Shown: positions 1 to 9,459 of the stretch, in pieces
Layout of the letters: each line of letters begins with the position of its first letter
How positions within the stretch are numbered: position 1 is the first letter of the stretch
NCBI GenBank assembly: GCA_965219455.1
Contig: OZ244744.1
Location: 3,264,001 to 3,328,000, forward strand
Length of the DNA stretch: 64,000 nucleotides
Source: Candidatus Latescibacterota bacterium
GTDB taxonomy: Bacteria; Latescibacterota; UBA2968; GCA-2709665
Direction: 5' to 3'
Notes under the pieces: generated by a model
Told to the model about the DNA's origin: nothing
Databases searched by the model: none
Seen by the model: the letters and a program-made list of their open reading frames with translations, nothing else
Program-made: the position numbers and the translations under genes

Positions 1-336
1 CACGCTTCTTCGTTGGGCCGTGAGCTTCAGGACGAGCGGCGCGACAGGTTTTTGGCTGAGAATAGGGTAGGCGACTATGTCGAAAGAGGGCGCGGGGCGA
101 TTTACTGGTCGGAGGAGGACGAGCGCGGCCCTAGCCCGCTTGAACTCGTGCGACGCGCGGCTCGCAGCTATCCGGATTTCATCCGCCCTGCAATAGAGAA
201 TCTCAAAAGCCTGGACCAAGGATCCTTAGTTGAACTTTTCGATCGTGTGCCCCGCAATTGGATGTCACCATCAGCCAGGAAGTTCGCCATTGCGCAAATG
301 CACTATAGTATTGAGCAATTAGGAGGGCTTAATTAA
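1..336 (+). CDS. HipA-like Ser/Thr kinase, C-terminal part (5'-truncated by window edge)
   Basis: Frame is open from base 1 and reads HASSLGREL..., the (D)HASSLGREL motif of HipA/CtkA-like kinases. Stop overlaps the start of a HIRAN gene (TAATG). Confidence 0.7.
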   Translation, partial: HASSLGRELQDERRDRFLAENRVGDYVERGRGAIYWSEEDERGPSPLELVRRAARSYPDFIRPAIENLKSLDQGSLVELFDRVPRNWMSPSARKFAIAQMHYSIEQLGGLN

Positions 337-1088
337 TGAGCGTTAGAACCCTTTTTCTTGCGTGGCAGCACAAAAAAGAACCGAGCAGACAGTGGTTCCC
401 GGTGGGCCGACTGGATGCCGATATCGAACGCCCGCTCTATCAATTCCGATACATTGAAGGGGCGAAACGCGCTAAGGTTGAGGCAGGATTTCCGCCACTT
501 ATCGAGTTCCCAGACCTGGAAGAAAGATACGATTCACCGAGACTCTTTCCGCTCTTTCAGAATCGGGTGATCAACCGGGCGCGGCCGGATTTCGCCGATT
601 ATCTCAGTTATCTCGACCTGCATGTGGGAGCCGATCCCATTGAGATTCTGTCGGCAAGCGGCGGTTCCCGGGTGACAGATGCGTACGAGGTTTTTCCAAA
701 ACTCGAAAAAGACGAAGACGGGAGTTTTGTCTGCCGGTTCTTTCTCCATGGCTGGCGGCACGTCAATGAATCCGCGCAGAAGCGGATCGAGCGCCTTGAA
801 GCCGGCGACCAGCTTTACGTTACGCTTGAGTTGACCAATCCGAAGACCGGTCTGGCTGTGCAAATCCAGACCGCTGATGACTACTATATGATCGGATGGA
901 CGCCACGTTACCTAGTGAACGATTTGGTCAAGGCGATGGCTGAGTCGCCCGGAGACTATCGTGCCAAGGTGGTTCGCGTGAATCCGTTACCTGCGCCATC
1001 GAAACAGCGCGTTCTGATCGAGATGAAGGCTCGTTGGAAAAAGCACAAACCGATGACGAGTAAGGACTTTGTTCCACTCGTCGAGTAG
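336..1088 (+). CDS. HIRAN-domain protein (putative partner/antitoxin of the HipA-like kinase)
   Basis: N-term LFLAWQ...WFPVGRLD...YQFRY...LFPLFQNRV (HipS-like). C-term RFFLHGWRH...LELTNP...AVQI...IGWTPRYL is HIRAN-like. Confidence 0.8.
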   Translation: MSVRTLFLAWQHKKEPSRQWFPVGRLDADIERPLYQFRYIEGAKRAKVEAGFPPLIEFPDLEERYDSPRLFPLFQNRVINRARPDFADYLSYLDLHVGADPIEILSASGGSRVTDAYEVFPKLEKDEDGSFVCRFFLHGWRHVNESAQKRIERLEAGDQLYVTLELTNPKTGLAVQIQTADDYYMIGWTPRYLVNDLVKAMAESPGDYRAKVVRVNPLPAPSKQRVLIEMKARWKKHKPMTSKDFVPLVE

Positions 1089-1216
1089 GAAGCGACTCTA
1101 AAGTCCGTACGGCCCGGCATTTGAGACGTGATTGTCGCTGTGGCTCAGATCTATAGATCATTGTAAGGAACTGGTACGTTCACGTATTGATCCATTCCAC
1201 AACAGGGAGAAGACGT

Positions 1217-1651
1217 ATGTACAGGGAACTGTTATTCGGCGGTGCGGATATCGATTCCGATAAGGCAAATCTGGGATTGGTGATCCTGAGGGTGATTTCG
1301 GGATTGAGTATTGCATTCGGACACGGCATCGGAAAGATTCCGCCTTCCGACGGGCTCGTGGCCGGTACTGCAAAACTGGGATTTCCCTTACCCGAGTTTT
1401 TTGCGTGGGCGGCCGCCTTCGGGGAGTTTGGCGGCGGGCTGTTGCTGGCGCTGGGACTGCTGACCCGGCCGGGCACGGCTTTAATGGGATTTACAATGAT
1501 GGTCGCCGCATTCGGTGTACACGCGGCTGATCCGTTCGGCATAAAGGAGATGGCGCTTCTGTACCTGGCCATCGCGGTGATGTTTCTGCTGGTCGGCTCG
1601 GGAAAATACGGCGTGGACGCCTGCATCCGGTCGCGGTTTTCGCGTTCGTGA
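1217..1651 (+). CDS. DoxX family membrane protein
   Basis: LRV..G...HG.GK, EFGGGLLLALGLLTR, G.GKYGVD motifs and four TM helices. ATG 1217 follows a GGAG SD. Confidence 0.9.
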   Translation: MYRELLFGGADIDSDKANLGLVILRVISGLSIAFGHGIGKIPPSDGLVAGTAKLGFPLPEFFAWAAAFGEFGGGLLLALGLLTRPGTALMGFTMMVAAFGVHAADPFGIKEMALLYLAIAVMFLLVGSGKYGVDACIRSRFSRS

Positions 1652-1779
1652 TTTTGCGGGGAAAGCGCGTACAGCTATCGACTTTGGGCGATTTGTACTG
1701 GCGGCACCACTTGCTCAATCGGTAGTGATCCAAATTGGAGACATAGCGCGAGAGTGGTGTTTTTGTATCAATTCTGACA

Positions 1780-1808
1780 TTGACAGATGCTCAAAGGTTC
1801 AGTAATTT
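1780..1808 (+). promoter_or_regulatory. sigma70-type promoter for the methyltransferase
   Basis: TTGACA (1780-1785), 17 nt, TAATTT, upstream of ATG 1853. Confidence 0.45.
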
Positions 1809-1852
1809 GGGATTAGATATCGAAGATTTGCACGCGGGGTAAGGAAACAAGG

Positions 1853-3541
1853 ATGAGATCTAAATTAGAAAAGAAGTCAACAGGATCGCATTACACGCCG
1901 CGTATTCTGGCAGAATTCGTCGCAGAAGAAATGTTGAAATTATGGAAGCCGCCAATTGACGCGCGCGCCATAAGTGTATTCGATCCCGCGCTCGGTGACG
2001 GTGAATTATTGCTTGCCGTTTTAAAAAATCTGCAAGAAATGGATGCAAATCCCTTCGTAAGCGGATACGAAACGAACCAAAGCGAGATGCTTTCTGCAGA
2101 GGCTAGAATAAGGGATCGGTTTCCCAAGGTTGCTATGGAGTTCAATAATCAGGATTTTCTCGCTCAATCAGTGGGCTGTTTCTCCCAGCCCAGCCTTTTC
2201 CAAGGCCGACAACACAAGCAATTTGATCTCGTGATCTCAAATCCGCCATACGTGAGGACTCAAGTGTTGGGTTCCAAGAGATCCCAAGACATAGCTCGCC
2301 GATTCGGATTAAAAGGAAGGGTCGACCTCTACTTTGCATTTATTGTCGCGATTGCACAATATATCCACCCGAATGGCATACTTGGAATAATAGTTTCCAA
2401 TCGCTTTATGACGACAAGATCCGGGGAGACCGTAAGGGCAAGGATTAAAGAGTTGTACGAGATTGCCCATATTTGGGATCTTGGCGACACGAAGCTTTTC
2501 GAGGCGGCAGTGCTACCGGCGGTTCTGATCCTGAAACCAAAGACTTATCGAAAGGCTCCGATCACTGCCAAATTCACTTCGATTTATACTACTTCTCCTG
2601 TGAAAAAAGCTCACAGTTGTGGGAGTCCAATCGATGCCGTTCGGCATGACGGTTATGTCAAGACAATATCTAACGGGTACTTCAGGGTTCAAAAGGGAGA
2701 GTTGGATTCAGGGCGAAAGCCACAGGACGTTTGGCGAATAGCGACAAAGGAAAGTAGAGAGTGGTTAAGTAAAGTCAGCAGGAACACCGCCGCCACCTTC
2801 AAGGATCTTGGCAATGTCAGAGTGGGGGTTAAGACGACTGCTGATCGCGTATTCATCAGATCAGATTGGGATAGCATGCCTTTGGAAGAGCGACCGGAGT
2901 TGCTGGAGAATTTGACAACCCATCACATTGGAAAGCCGTACAGGTCGAAGACACCAAGAAGCAAGATTCTTTATCCTCACACAACGTTTGAAGGTAAGCG
3001 TTATGCCGTTGATCTAGCGAGTTATCCAAGATCGAAAGCGTATCTTGAAAAACATAGAAGTCAACTTGAGGGGAGGAAGTATGTAATTGAAGCGGGAAGA
3101 GAATGGTACGAAATATGGGTACCCCAGGATCCGAAAGCCTGGAAAAAACCCAAAATCGTCTTTCGGGATATATCAGAACATCCGACATTTTGGCTGGATC
3201 TGGATGGCACAGTCGTAAACGGAGACTGCTATTGGATTTCATGCTCTGAAGAAAATGAGCTTACCTGGCTGGCCCTTGCCGTAGCCAACTCTTCTTTTGT
3301 AGAGGGCTTCTACGACCGAAGCTTTAACAATAAACTATATGCTGGAAGAAGACGATTCAACACTCAATATGTTGAGCAGTTCCCACTCCCAAATCCAGCT
3401 TCAGGTTCAGCAGTCCAACTTGTCAAAATGGCAAAACAGGTTTTTGAGTGCACCTCCGACGAAAAGATCGAACTCATGCACACGGTTGACAAATTGGTCT
3501 GGAAAGCATTTGGTTTTTCAGGTGAAAAAACCAGAAGGTAG
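1853..3541 (+). CDS. Type II N6-adenine DNA methyltransferase, gamma class (M.BseCI/M.BanIII/ClaI-like, probably ATCGAT)
   Basis: Motifs GSHYTP, FDPALGDGELL, NPPYVRTQ, LKGRVDLY, SNRF.TT, DLGDTKLFEAAVLP and a TaqI-C-like TRD. Closely resembles M.BseCI as I recall it. Lower GC than flanks. Confidence 0.9.
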   Translation: MRSKLEKKSTGSHYTPRILAEFVAEEMLKLWKPPIDARAISVFDPALGDGELLLAVLKNLQEMDANPFVSGYETNQSEMLSAEARIRDRFPKVAMEFNNQDFLAQSVGCFSQPSLFQGRQHKQFDLVISNPPYVRTQVLGSKRSQDIARRFGLKGRVDLYFAFIVAIAQYIHPNGILGIIVSNRFMTTRSGETVRARIKELYEIAHIWDLGDTKLFEAAVLPAVLILKPKTYRKAPITAKFTSIYTTSPVKKAHSCGSPIDAVRHDGYVKTISNGYFRVQKGELDSGRKPQDVWRIATKESREWLSKVSRNTAATFKDLGNVRVGVKTTADRVFIRSDWDSMPLEERPELLENLTTHHIGKPYRSKTPRSKILYPHTTFEGKRYAVDLASYPRSKAYLEKHRSQLEGRKYVIEAGREWYEIWVPQDPKAWKKPKIVFRDISEHPTFWLDLDGTVVNGDCYWISCSEENELTWLALAVANSSFVEGFYDRSFNNKLYAGRRRFNTQYVEQFPLPNPASGSAVQLVKMAKQVFECTSDEKIELMHTVDKLVWKAFGFSGEKTRR

Positions 3542-4546
3542 GGGTATTTGAAGTTTTTTGTTTAGAACTCTGCCCTCAAAGCGCCTGAATTTTGAAAAGA
3601 AATCTCTTCCAGTGGTTAGGTAAAAATTCGATATTTTTATTAAATTTCCGATCATTTCACCATAGAACAGTGCATATCTGACATCGCAATGCCGTAGAAC
3701 AATACTTCCATCCATGGCTGGATAGTCAAGGGCCTGTATGCTGTCGGGCGTCACAAGACCCAAGTCAATGGTCCGCGAGGTCTGGAGTTTAATTTCCAAA
3801 AGTTGGTGTGGAATGTCCGGGAATGTGCCCTTGTCCGCGAATACAGAGTAGCCCAATAGATTTGTGATCGTCTCGTGAAGTGCTGATCCGCGATTCCTCT
3901 CTTGATCCATTCCCAAATAGTCGATTTCCATCCCAATCGTGCATTTGAGGATTTCGAATAGGCTTTGAATAGGGATAAGCGAACTCAATGAAGGATCTTC
4001 AGTTGGATCGATTAAAGCCGCCGCCGACCCTTGCTCAATGAGTTCTGCCGGTATCGCATCGTCCTTCGAAACCAACTCACATGCCTCCGTTCCAACATCA
4101 AGAGCAGCTTGGTATTTTTGAGTCATTGCGCCTGTTCTGTCCAATTTAGCGAGTTCTGCACCGGAAATTACCCTGACGTTTCGTACCCGATCGTCCTCAT
4201 CTACCCGCACAATTACATACCTGCGAGATGCGTCCAGTTCTTCGTTCCAAACCTGCAGGTTATTCGACTTCTGAATGTATACATCGAAGTTTTGCCCAGG
4301 AAACCTCGGCTGCGTCTTTTTGAAGGATCCTGGTACTGGATAACCTATTGCTTTGCATACTTCAGTCTTAACGACTTTTGATCTGGTCCGTAACGCAAGA
4401 CCACTGAGAGAAATTCCGATGAGACCATCTTTGAGTATTTCTTCAAGCTCTTTTCTAGCTATATACAGATCGGGCCTTTCTGCGGGAATTCGATCGTAAA
4501 TGGTGAGGCCGCTCCTGCTAATTGCGTTCTTGTCACTATGGATCAT
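3518..4546 (-). CDS. Type II restriction endonuclease (PD-(D/E)xK), cognate of the adjacent MTase
   Basis: FPDIPHQLLEIKLQTS catalytic-type motif. Convergent with the MTase with a 24-bp 3' overlap and shares its low GC. Confidence 0.75.
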   Translation of the reverse strand: MIHSDKNAISRSGLTIYDRIPAERPDLYIARKELEEILKDGLIGISLSGLALRTRSKVVKTEVCKAIGYPVPGSFKKTQPRFPGQNFDVYIQKSNNLQVWNEELDASRRYVIVRVDEDDRVRNVRVISGAELAKLDRTGAMTQKYQAALDVGTEACELVSKDDAIPAELIEQGSAAALIDPTEDPSLSSLIPIQSLFEILKCTIGMEIDYLGMDQERNRGSALHETITNLLGYSVFADKGTFPDIPHQLLEIKLQTSRTIDLGLVTPDSIQALDYPAMDGSIVLRHCDVRYALFYGEMIGNLIKISNFYLTTGRDFFSKFRRFEGRVLNKKLQIPLPSGFFT

Positions 4547-4758
4547 GTTTCCTCTACTCCAGATTTTGCGACCAAATGCCGTCAGTCAGCATTTCCTGTG
4601 GATTCCAGATGACAGGTCGGTGAAATATGTGCACCGGCTCGGTCACATGCCACGCTGTACGCGACAATTACATCTTTATCTCTGTTCGATGATGCAATCG
4701 TTCTAAAACACGTCAAACGCTTCTCCATTCACACTACGTATGACTCTCTTCGCCGCTA

Positions 4759-6855
4759 CTAAATCAAAGCGAATGCATACACTTTCAGGAAATCCTCGGT
4801 GGTCAGATTGACATCGATCTCCACGGTACCCTCATTCTGTCTGGTCTCGGTAACGGGCTGATCCGACACCAGTTCCCGCACCTCGCCGCATCGCCTGCCC
4901 TCCGGCAGCCTGGCTTCGACCTGAAACGCGCCGGGCTCTCTGAAATACGACGGCACCGTGACCAGGATCAGGTCCTCGCCCACAGAGGGCATGATCTCCA
5001 CGGTCGGCTTCCAGCGGATATCCAGCGGCCTCACCTCCTGCAAAGGCACCCTCGGCGGAAATCCCTTTAACCTGACGGGCAGCCGATCGTCTACGAGCGA
5101 CAGGATTAACTGCGCCACCACCTGGCGCGAATAGCTCAGGACATTGGTACCCGCAGGCCTCAGGTCCATCCACCGGGACGGGATGCCCGCCACGAATACG
5201 CCCCAGCCGGCCCCAAGTCGCTTCAATGTGATCGCCGGACGCGGTCCCAGGGGCCCTGCTTCCTCGAAGACCGCCAGCACGTCGGCCGTGCCGTCCGCCT
5301 CCGCTTCGACCGCCAGGTCCAGCCCGAGGACAGGGTGGTTATTGCCCTTCCAGGGGTCCCACGCCGTTCTCTCGTCCGGCCATGGAAGGTTCTCGAACGC
5401 CTCGTGGTCGCTGGTAGCCTCGAAGATGCCGGAACCCCCCGCGGGTGTATACGACGTAATCCCGAATGCCTCCCTGAGAAACGATCCGTTCGACGGGCGT
5501 CCCATCTCGTCTCTCGTGGCCGTTTCCCCCGCCGCCACCAGCGTGCCGCCATCCCGCACGTACGCCAGGAGCTCATCCCGCTGGCTGGAGGACAGGCAGG
5601 AGACATTGGGCAGCACCACCGCCGGATACCGTTCGAGATGTTCCGGAGCCAGCTTCGACGAGGGCAGGTACCCGTGGGACAGACCGTTATGTGAGGCCAT
5701 CTGTCCGATGGAGAACATCCGGCTCATGCGCCAGTTCTCGCGGCCCCTGGCGGGTAACGACTCGTCGTAACACTGCGTTTCCAGGCTGTCTACCACCGCA
5801 ACGGAGACCACGGGTTCGGTGCGTTCGAAGTAGGGGTCCAGCCGAAACGCGTCCTGGAAGGTCCGGTGCATCGGCGACACACGCTGGAGCCGGTACGTAT
5901 ACGTCGTCACGCGATCCACGCCAAGGGCGGGCGGAACCACGGCCTGCCACCATCCGTCACGTTCGTCCAGCGGCCGGTGGAATTCGGGATGAGACATGCC
6001 CTGCGCCAGCATCACGCTCACCTTGTCCTCTCCCAGCGTCATCCCCTGGATGAAACGACAGCACTCGCTCAGAAATATCTCGGGCGGCGTAAACAACCCG
6101 CTGCCCACCGCGGGCAGCACGCAGGTGTAGTAGGCATCCACGGCCAGGCCGTCTATGGCCTCGACCATGCCGTCGATGTCCATGCCGCACACCCATGGAT
6201 TGATGTCCCAGAAGGGTTGCGGGCCGCTCTGAAATACCGCCCGGACCCGGTGATCATGGTTCAGCGCTGTTTTCATTCTTCCGTGCACGTCGTTCCACCG
6301 GCGGAATCGCCAGGTGACCAGCCGCGCTTTCTCGTCCAGATCCTTGAACGGCGGCATGGGGATCCGCCCGCCGAATTCCCTTTCCCAGTCTGCCTGGCAG
6401 GTCCGGCAGTAACACGCCAGCAGATCCACGTCCCTGCCGAAATACGCTTCGTCGTTCACCCAGACTTCAGTGAGATTCGGAATCCCACCCAGGTTTTCCA
6501 GAAAATCGAGGTACCGCTTCTGAAACACCTCGTTATACGGACATCCCCACACGGCCGGCAGGTTTCCCAACTCCTCGTGGTCCGCATCTTTGCTGAATAC
6601 GGTCTTCTGCTCGGGATGCTCGGCCAGGTGCTCATAAGCGTATTTCATGAATCCGGTAAACGTCGAGACCTCTAGGCCGTATTTCTCTGCCTTCCCGGCT
6701 ACCGCCTTTACGGCCTCTTCGTGCCCGATCCGGGCCGATACCGTCACCTCGTGGTAACCCAGGCCGGCTACCTCCGGAATCTCGTCCACAAGGGATTCCG
6801 GCCGGTTCCGGTAGTCCTGAAGGAATGCGATCCGCTGTATCTTCCGCTGTTTCAT
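4759..6855 (-). CDS. GH42-like TIM-barrel protein with beta-galactosidase trimerization (GATase-like) domain
   Basis: WGCPYN, VWVNDEA, CYCRTC Cys cluster. C-terminal VVLPNVSCLS...YVRDGGTLV...RDE trimerization-domain pattern. Confidence 0.65.
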   Translation of the reverse strand: MKQRKIQRIAFLQDYRNRPESLVDEIPEVAGLGYHEVTVSARIGHEEAVKAVAGKAEKYGLEVSTFTGFMKYAYEHLAEHPEQKTVFSKDADHEELGNLPAVWGCPYNEVFQKRYLDFLENLGGIPNLTEVWVNDEAYFGRDVDLLACYCRTCQADWEREFGGRIPMPPFKDLDEKARLVTWRFRRWNDVHGRMKTALNHDHRVRAVFQSGPQPFWDINPWVCGMDIDGMVEAIDGLAVDAYYTCVLPAVGSGLFTPPEIFLSECCRFIQGMTLGEDKVSVMLAQGMSHPEFHRPLDERDGWWQAVVPPALGVDRVTTYTYRLQRVSPMHRTFQDAFRLDPYFERTEPVVSVAVVDSLETQCYDESLPARGRENWRMSRMFSIGQMASHNGLSHGYLPSSKLAPEHLERYPAVVLPNVSCLSSSQRDELLAYVRDGGTLVAAGETATRDEMGRPSNGSFLREAFGITSYTPAGGSGIFEATSDHEAFENLPWPDERTAWDPWKGNNHPVLGLDLAVEAEADGTADVLAVFEEAGPLGPRPAITLKRLGAGWGVFVAGIPSRWMDLRPAGTNVLSYSRQVVAQLILSLVDDRLPVRLKGFPPRVPLQEVRPLDIRWKPTVEIMPSVGEDLILVTVPSYFREPGAFQVEARLPEGRRCGEVRELVSDQPVTETRQNEGTVEIDVNLTTEDFLKVYAFALI

Positions 6856-6981
6856 GAGATCCTCCCGTATGTGTCCTGACGATGCGACTCCCGCAAACCG
6901 GCTGGCTGGGCCTCACTTATCCTTGCGTTGCAGGTTGGTCGGCTTAGGGACCGGTCTGATTTCAGGTTGCCCGCCCGTCGT

Positions 6982-8220
6982 TTACCAGTAACCGCGCCAC
7001 CGTCCTTCCCAATAACCCCACAACCATCCTGTAAGACTGTCCATGTCCAGCAACCGGGTCTCGACCTTCCACTCCGACGGTACCGGCTGGTTTTCTTCCA
7101 TCGGCATGACAAACCGAAACGTATCCAGATCCAGGTTTTTCAGAATGTGCCGGGCCGTGGACGCCATATCCTCATCGCGAAACCACGGCTGTGCGGCGAC
7201 GCATGCCCTGGCGAAGATGCCCGACCTGCCGGTCGTGGCGGGGCCGGCCCCCCACAGTGTCGCCGGCAGGATTTCGCGTTCACCGCTTTCCATGTCACAG
7301 GTCCACTGGTAGGGCGATGTCCCGTTGTCCAGCACGCCGGTTCGAAGCATGTCGTATGTCTGCAGCATCAGGCTTCGCCACAATTCGTGGTTCGCCGGGT
7401 CGAAAGACATCAATAGCGCAGGCAGGTAAAGCGCGCGCCAGCCGATGCCGCCGGTCAGCTTTCCCGTGGGACGTTCGAACCTGACGCCCGTATCGCAGGC
7501 CTCGTACCATCGCTCGATTTCCCGGAGATATTTCGGATCGCCCGTGGCCTGCCAGGCCAGGTAAAGCAGGGGTGTGTGTATGATGGCGTAGGACCACGTG
7601 GCATGGGTCCAGTTCTCACCCAGAATGGATTTCACCAGCGATTCATAGGTATAGCCGAAATAGCCGTGGGGGGAGACGTACTCCCATTTGATGTCGAACT
7701 CGGCCATGTCCACGAGGATTTCGTCTATAACGGCGAGGTCTTCGGGTGGCGCGATGGGCCTGTATGCGGCCAGACCGACCAGAATGCACTGCACCTGGTC
7801 GCCGGATGACTGGTTGCTGTACACGCCGCCATACGGTTTGCACATGTACCCTCGTTCGCCGTTTTCGACCCCAAGCCGATGAATATACTTGAGCGCCCCG
7901 AATGTGCGCCGGCAGATGTCAAGGACGTCCGAACCCCCGGTGCACCGATACCGGTAGCTCATCGCTCCGAGATACCACGCGCTGTCGGTAGGCGTATTCT
8001 CCCATGCCCGCCAGACGTGCATTGGCGCCATCCCGATCTCCGCTTCCGTCTTGCCCATGAGATGCCGATGGCGGTATGCGCCGCGGTAGTCCTCCGCTGA
8101 CGGCAACTGGAAATCGTCGGCGCGCACCAGCATGGGAATCATCCCGTGCGCCTGCAGCACGTTGTCCTCCACCACGGCCTGAATTCGGTTGGCTTTTGCT
8201 TCCAGTTCCGCGTCAGTCAT
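6982..8220 (-). CDS. Hypothetical protein, probable (alpha/alpha) toroid glycosidase/lyase-like fold
   Basis: Long helical ORF with WENT, SYRYRCTG, SGDQ, AWQATGDPKYL motifs. ATG 8220 follows a GAGGAGG SD. Confidence 0.5.
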   Translation of the reverse strand: MTDAELEAKANRIQAVVEDNVLQAHGMIPMLVRADDFQLPSAEDYRGAYRHRHLMGKTEAEIGMAPMHVWRAWENTPTDSAWYLGAMSYRYRCTGGSDVLDICRRTFGALKYIHRLGVENGERGYMCKPYGGVYSNQSSGDQVQCILVGLAAYRPIAPPEDLAVIDEILVDMAEFDIKWEYVSPHGYFGYTYESLVKSILGENWTHATWSYAIIHTPLLYLAWQATGDPKYLREIERWYEACDTGVRFERPTGKLTGGIGWRALYLPALLMSFDPANHELWRSLMLQTYDMLRTGVLDNGTSPYQWTCDMESGEREILPATLWGAGPATTGRSGIFARACVAAQPWFRDEDMASTARHILKNLDLDTFRFVMPMEENQPVPSEWKVETRLLDMDSLTGWLWGYWEGRWRGYW

Positions 8221-8302
8221 GCAGTGCCTCCTCTGCTGCCCGGGTTCTCGCTCCGTTCGGGACAGCTCCGACCACACAATTCGATCGGAAACCCCTCAAC
8301 TT

Positions 8303-8720
8303 TCATTCGACATCCGATAATTTCGTCTCCTCCGGAACGTCCGTAGCGCTTTCGAAGGATAAATTGTACCCGTCGGGATCCGAAACGGACGTGACCCACA
8401 TCCTGTTGCCGACTTGCGGTTCAGAGGCGTCTACGCCACGAGACTTGATGTCCCGGTAGTATCCAACGGCGTCGTCGCAGAAAAAGAAGAGCGAAACACC
8501 TTCGCCCCTGTTCTCGCCGAATTGCCGTGAATCGTGGGCCTTCGGTCCTGAATTCCTGGAGCATCACCGCGGCCTTACCGATGCGCACCATGCACCACCT
8601 GATAACGCCTTCGTCTACCCACTTGCCCTCCATCCTGAAACCAAGCCCTTTGACGTAGAACGCCAATGACTTCTCCATATCTTTCACCGCGAAAAAGGGG
8701 ACGACCTCACTGACATCCAC
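8303..8720 (-). pseudogene. VOC/glyoxalase family protein with a single-base frameshift (or sequencing error)
   Basis: N-half VPFFAVKDMEKSLAFY..GLGF continues, after removing one C near 8536-8540, as HDSRQFGENRGEGVSLFFFCDD...SDPDGYNLSFES to TGA at 8303. Confidence 0.75.
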
Positions 8721-8761
8721 GGGATTCTCCTCTTTTTTCGAGATTGAAACGGTCCGCGACA

Positions 8762-9118
8762 TCACCGATTCGATATCTGCAGCGCGTTTCCGTCTGGATC
8801 CTTGAAGTCGCAGCATTCAAACTTCGAGAGGATGTGGTGCTTACCCATACGAACTCCAGCTTTCCGAAGTTCCTCGCGGGTTTCGCCGACGTCTTTGACA
8901 ATGAAGACGAGTTTGTTCCTGTTCCGCCCCGCGCAACCGGGTTTTCCGGCGCGGTGGATGGCAACCTCAACCCCGCCGCTGACCAATCGGACCCAGCCTT
9001 CGGGGTCGTGGTCCGTCGCTTCCGGAGGCATCAGGACCGTCATCTTCATCACGTCGCGGTAGAACGAAACCATGCGTTCGACGTTGTCCGTAAAGAAGAT
9101 ATATCGCGCCGCTCTCAT
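8762..9118 (-). CDS. VOC/glyoxalase/bleomycin-resistance family protein
   Basis: DNVERMVSFYRDVM...FKDPDGNALQI. Confidence 0.85.
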   Translation of the reverse strand: MRAARYIFFTDNVERMVSFYRDVMKMTVLMPPEATDHDPEGWVRLVSGGVEVAIHRAGKPGCAGRNRNKLVFIVKDVGETREELRKAGVRMGKHHILSKFECCDFKDPDGNALQISNR

Positions 9119-9266
9119 GGAATGCGCTTTCGGTTTTGAATCAACGGCGATTGCGGCGTAGAGGTGAATTCCGCCAGCTCATTCTCTCTCGATGCGTCGC
9201 TTGTGCTGAACGGATTAGCGTGGAAAAACCCCCCACGCCACCACCCGATGGGCGCGACATGTTATC

Positions 9267-9376
9267 TGTAGGGGCGACCGGCCGGTCGCCCCTACAACAA
9301 CCAGAAATGGTTATATCTGATTTCACCGCGATACGCGCCAATTATGTATTTGTAGGGGCAACCCTTGTGGTTGCCC
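9267..9376. repeat. Two GTAG-type REP palindromes
   Basis: Perfect 30-bp palindrome TGTAGGGGCGACCGGCCGGTCGCCCCTACA (9267-9296) and TGTAG-GGGCAACC-cttgt-GGTTGCCC (9351-9376). Confidence 0.75.
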
Positions 9377-9459
9377 AGATTATGGCACTGAAATCCTTGA
9401 ATTGATATCGCCGGGCCGTATCTCGAACGGGTTAAAGCTGACTGCTGAAAGCTGTTAAC

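Noticed and set aside
8534-8542. Programmed ribosomal frameshift in the VOC gene
   Set aside because: No slippery heptamer or known precedent. Mutation or sequencing error is more parsimonious.
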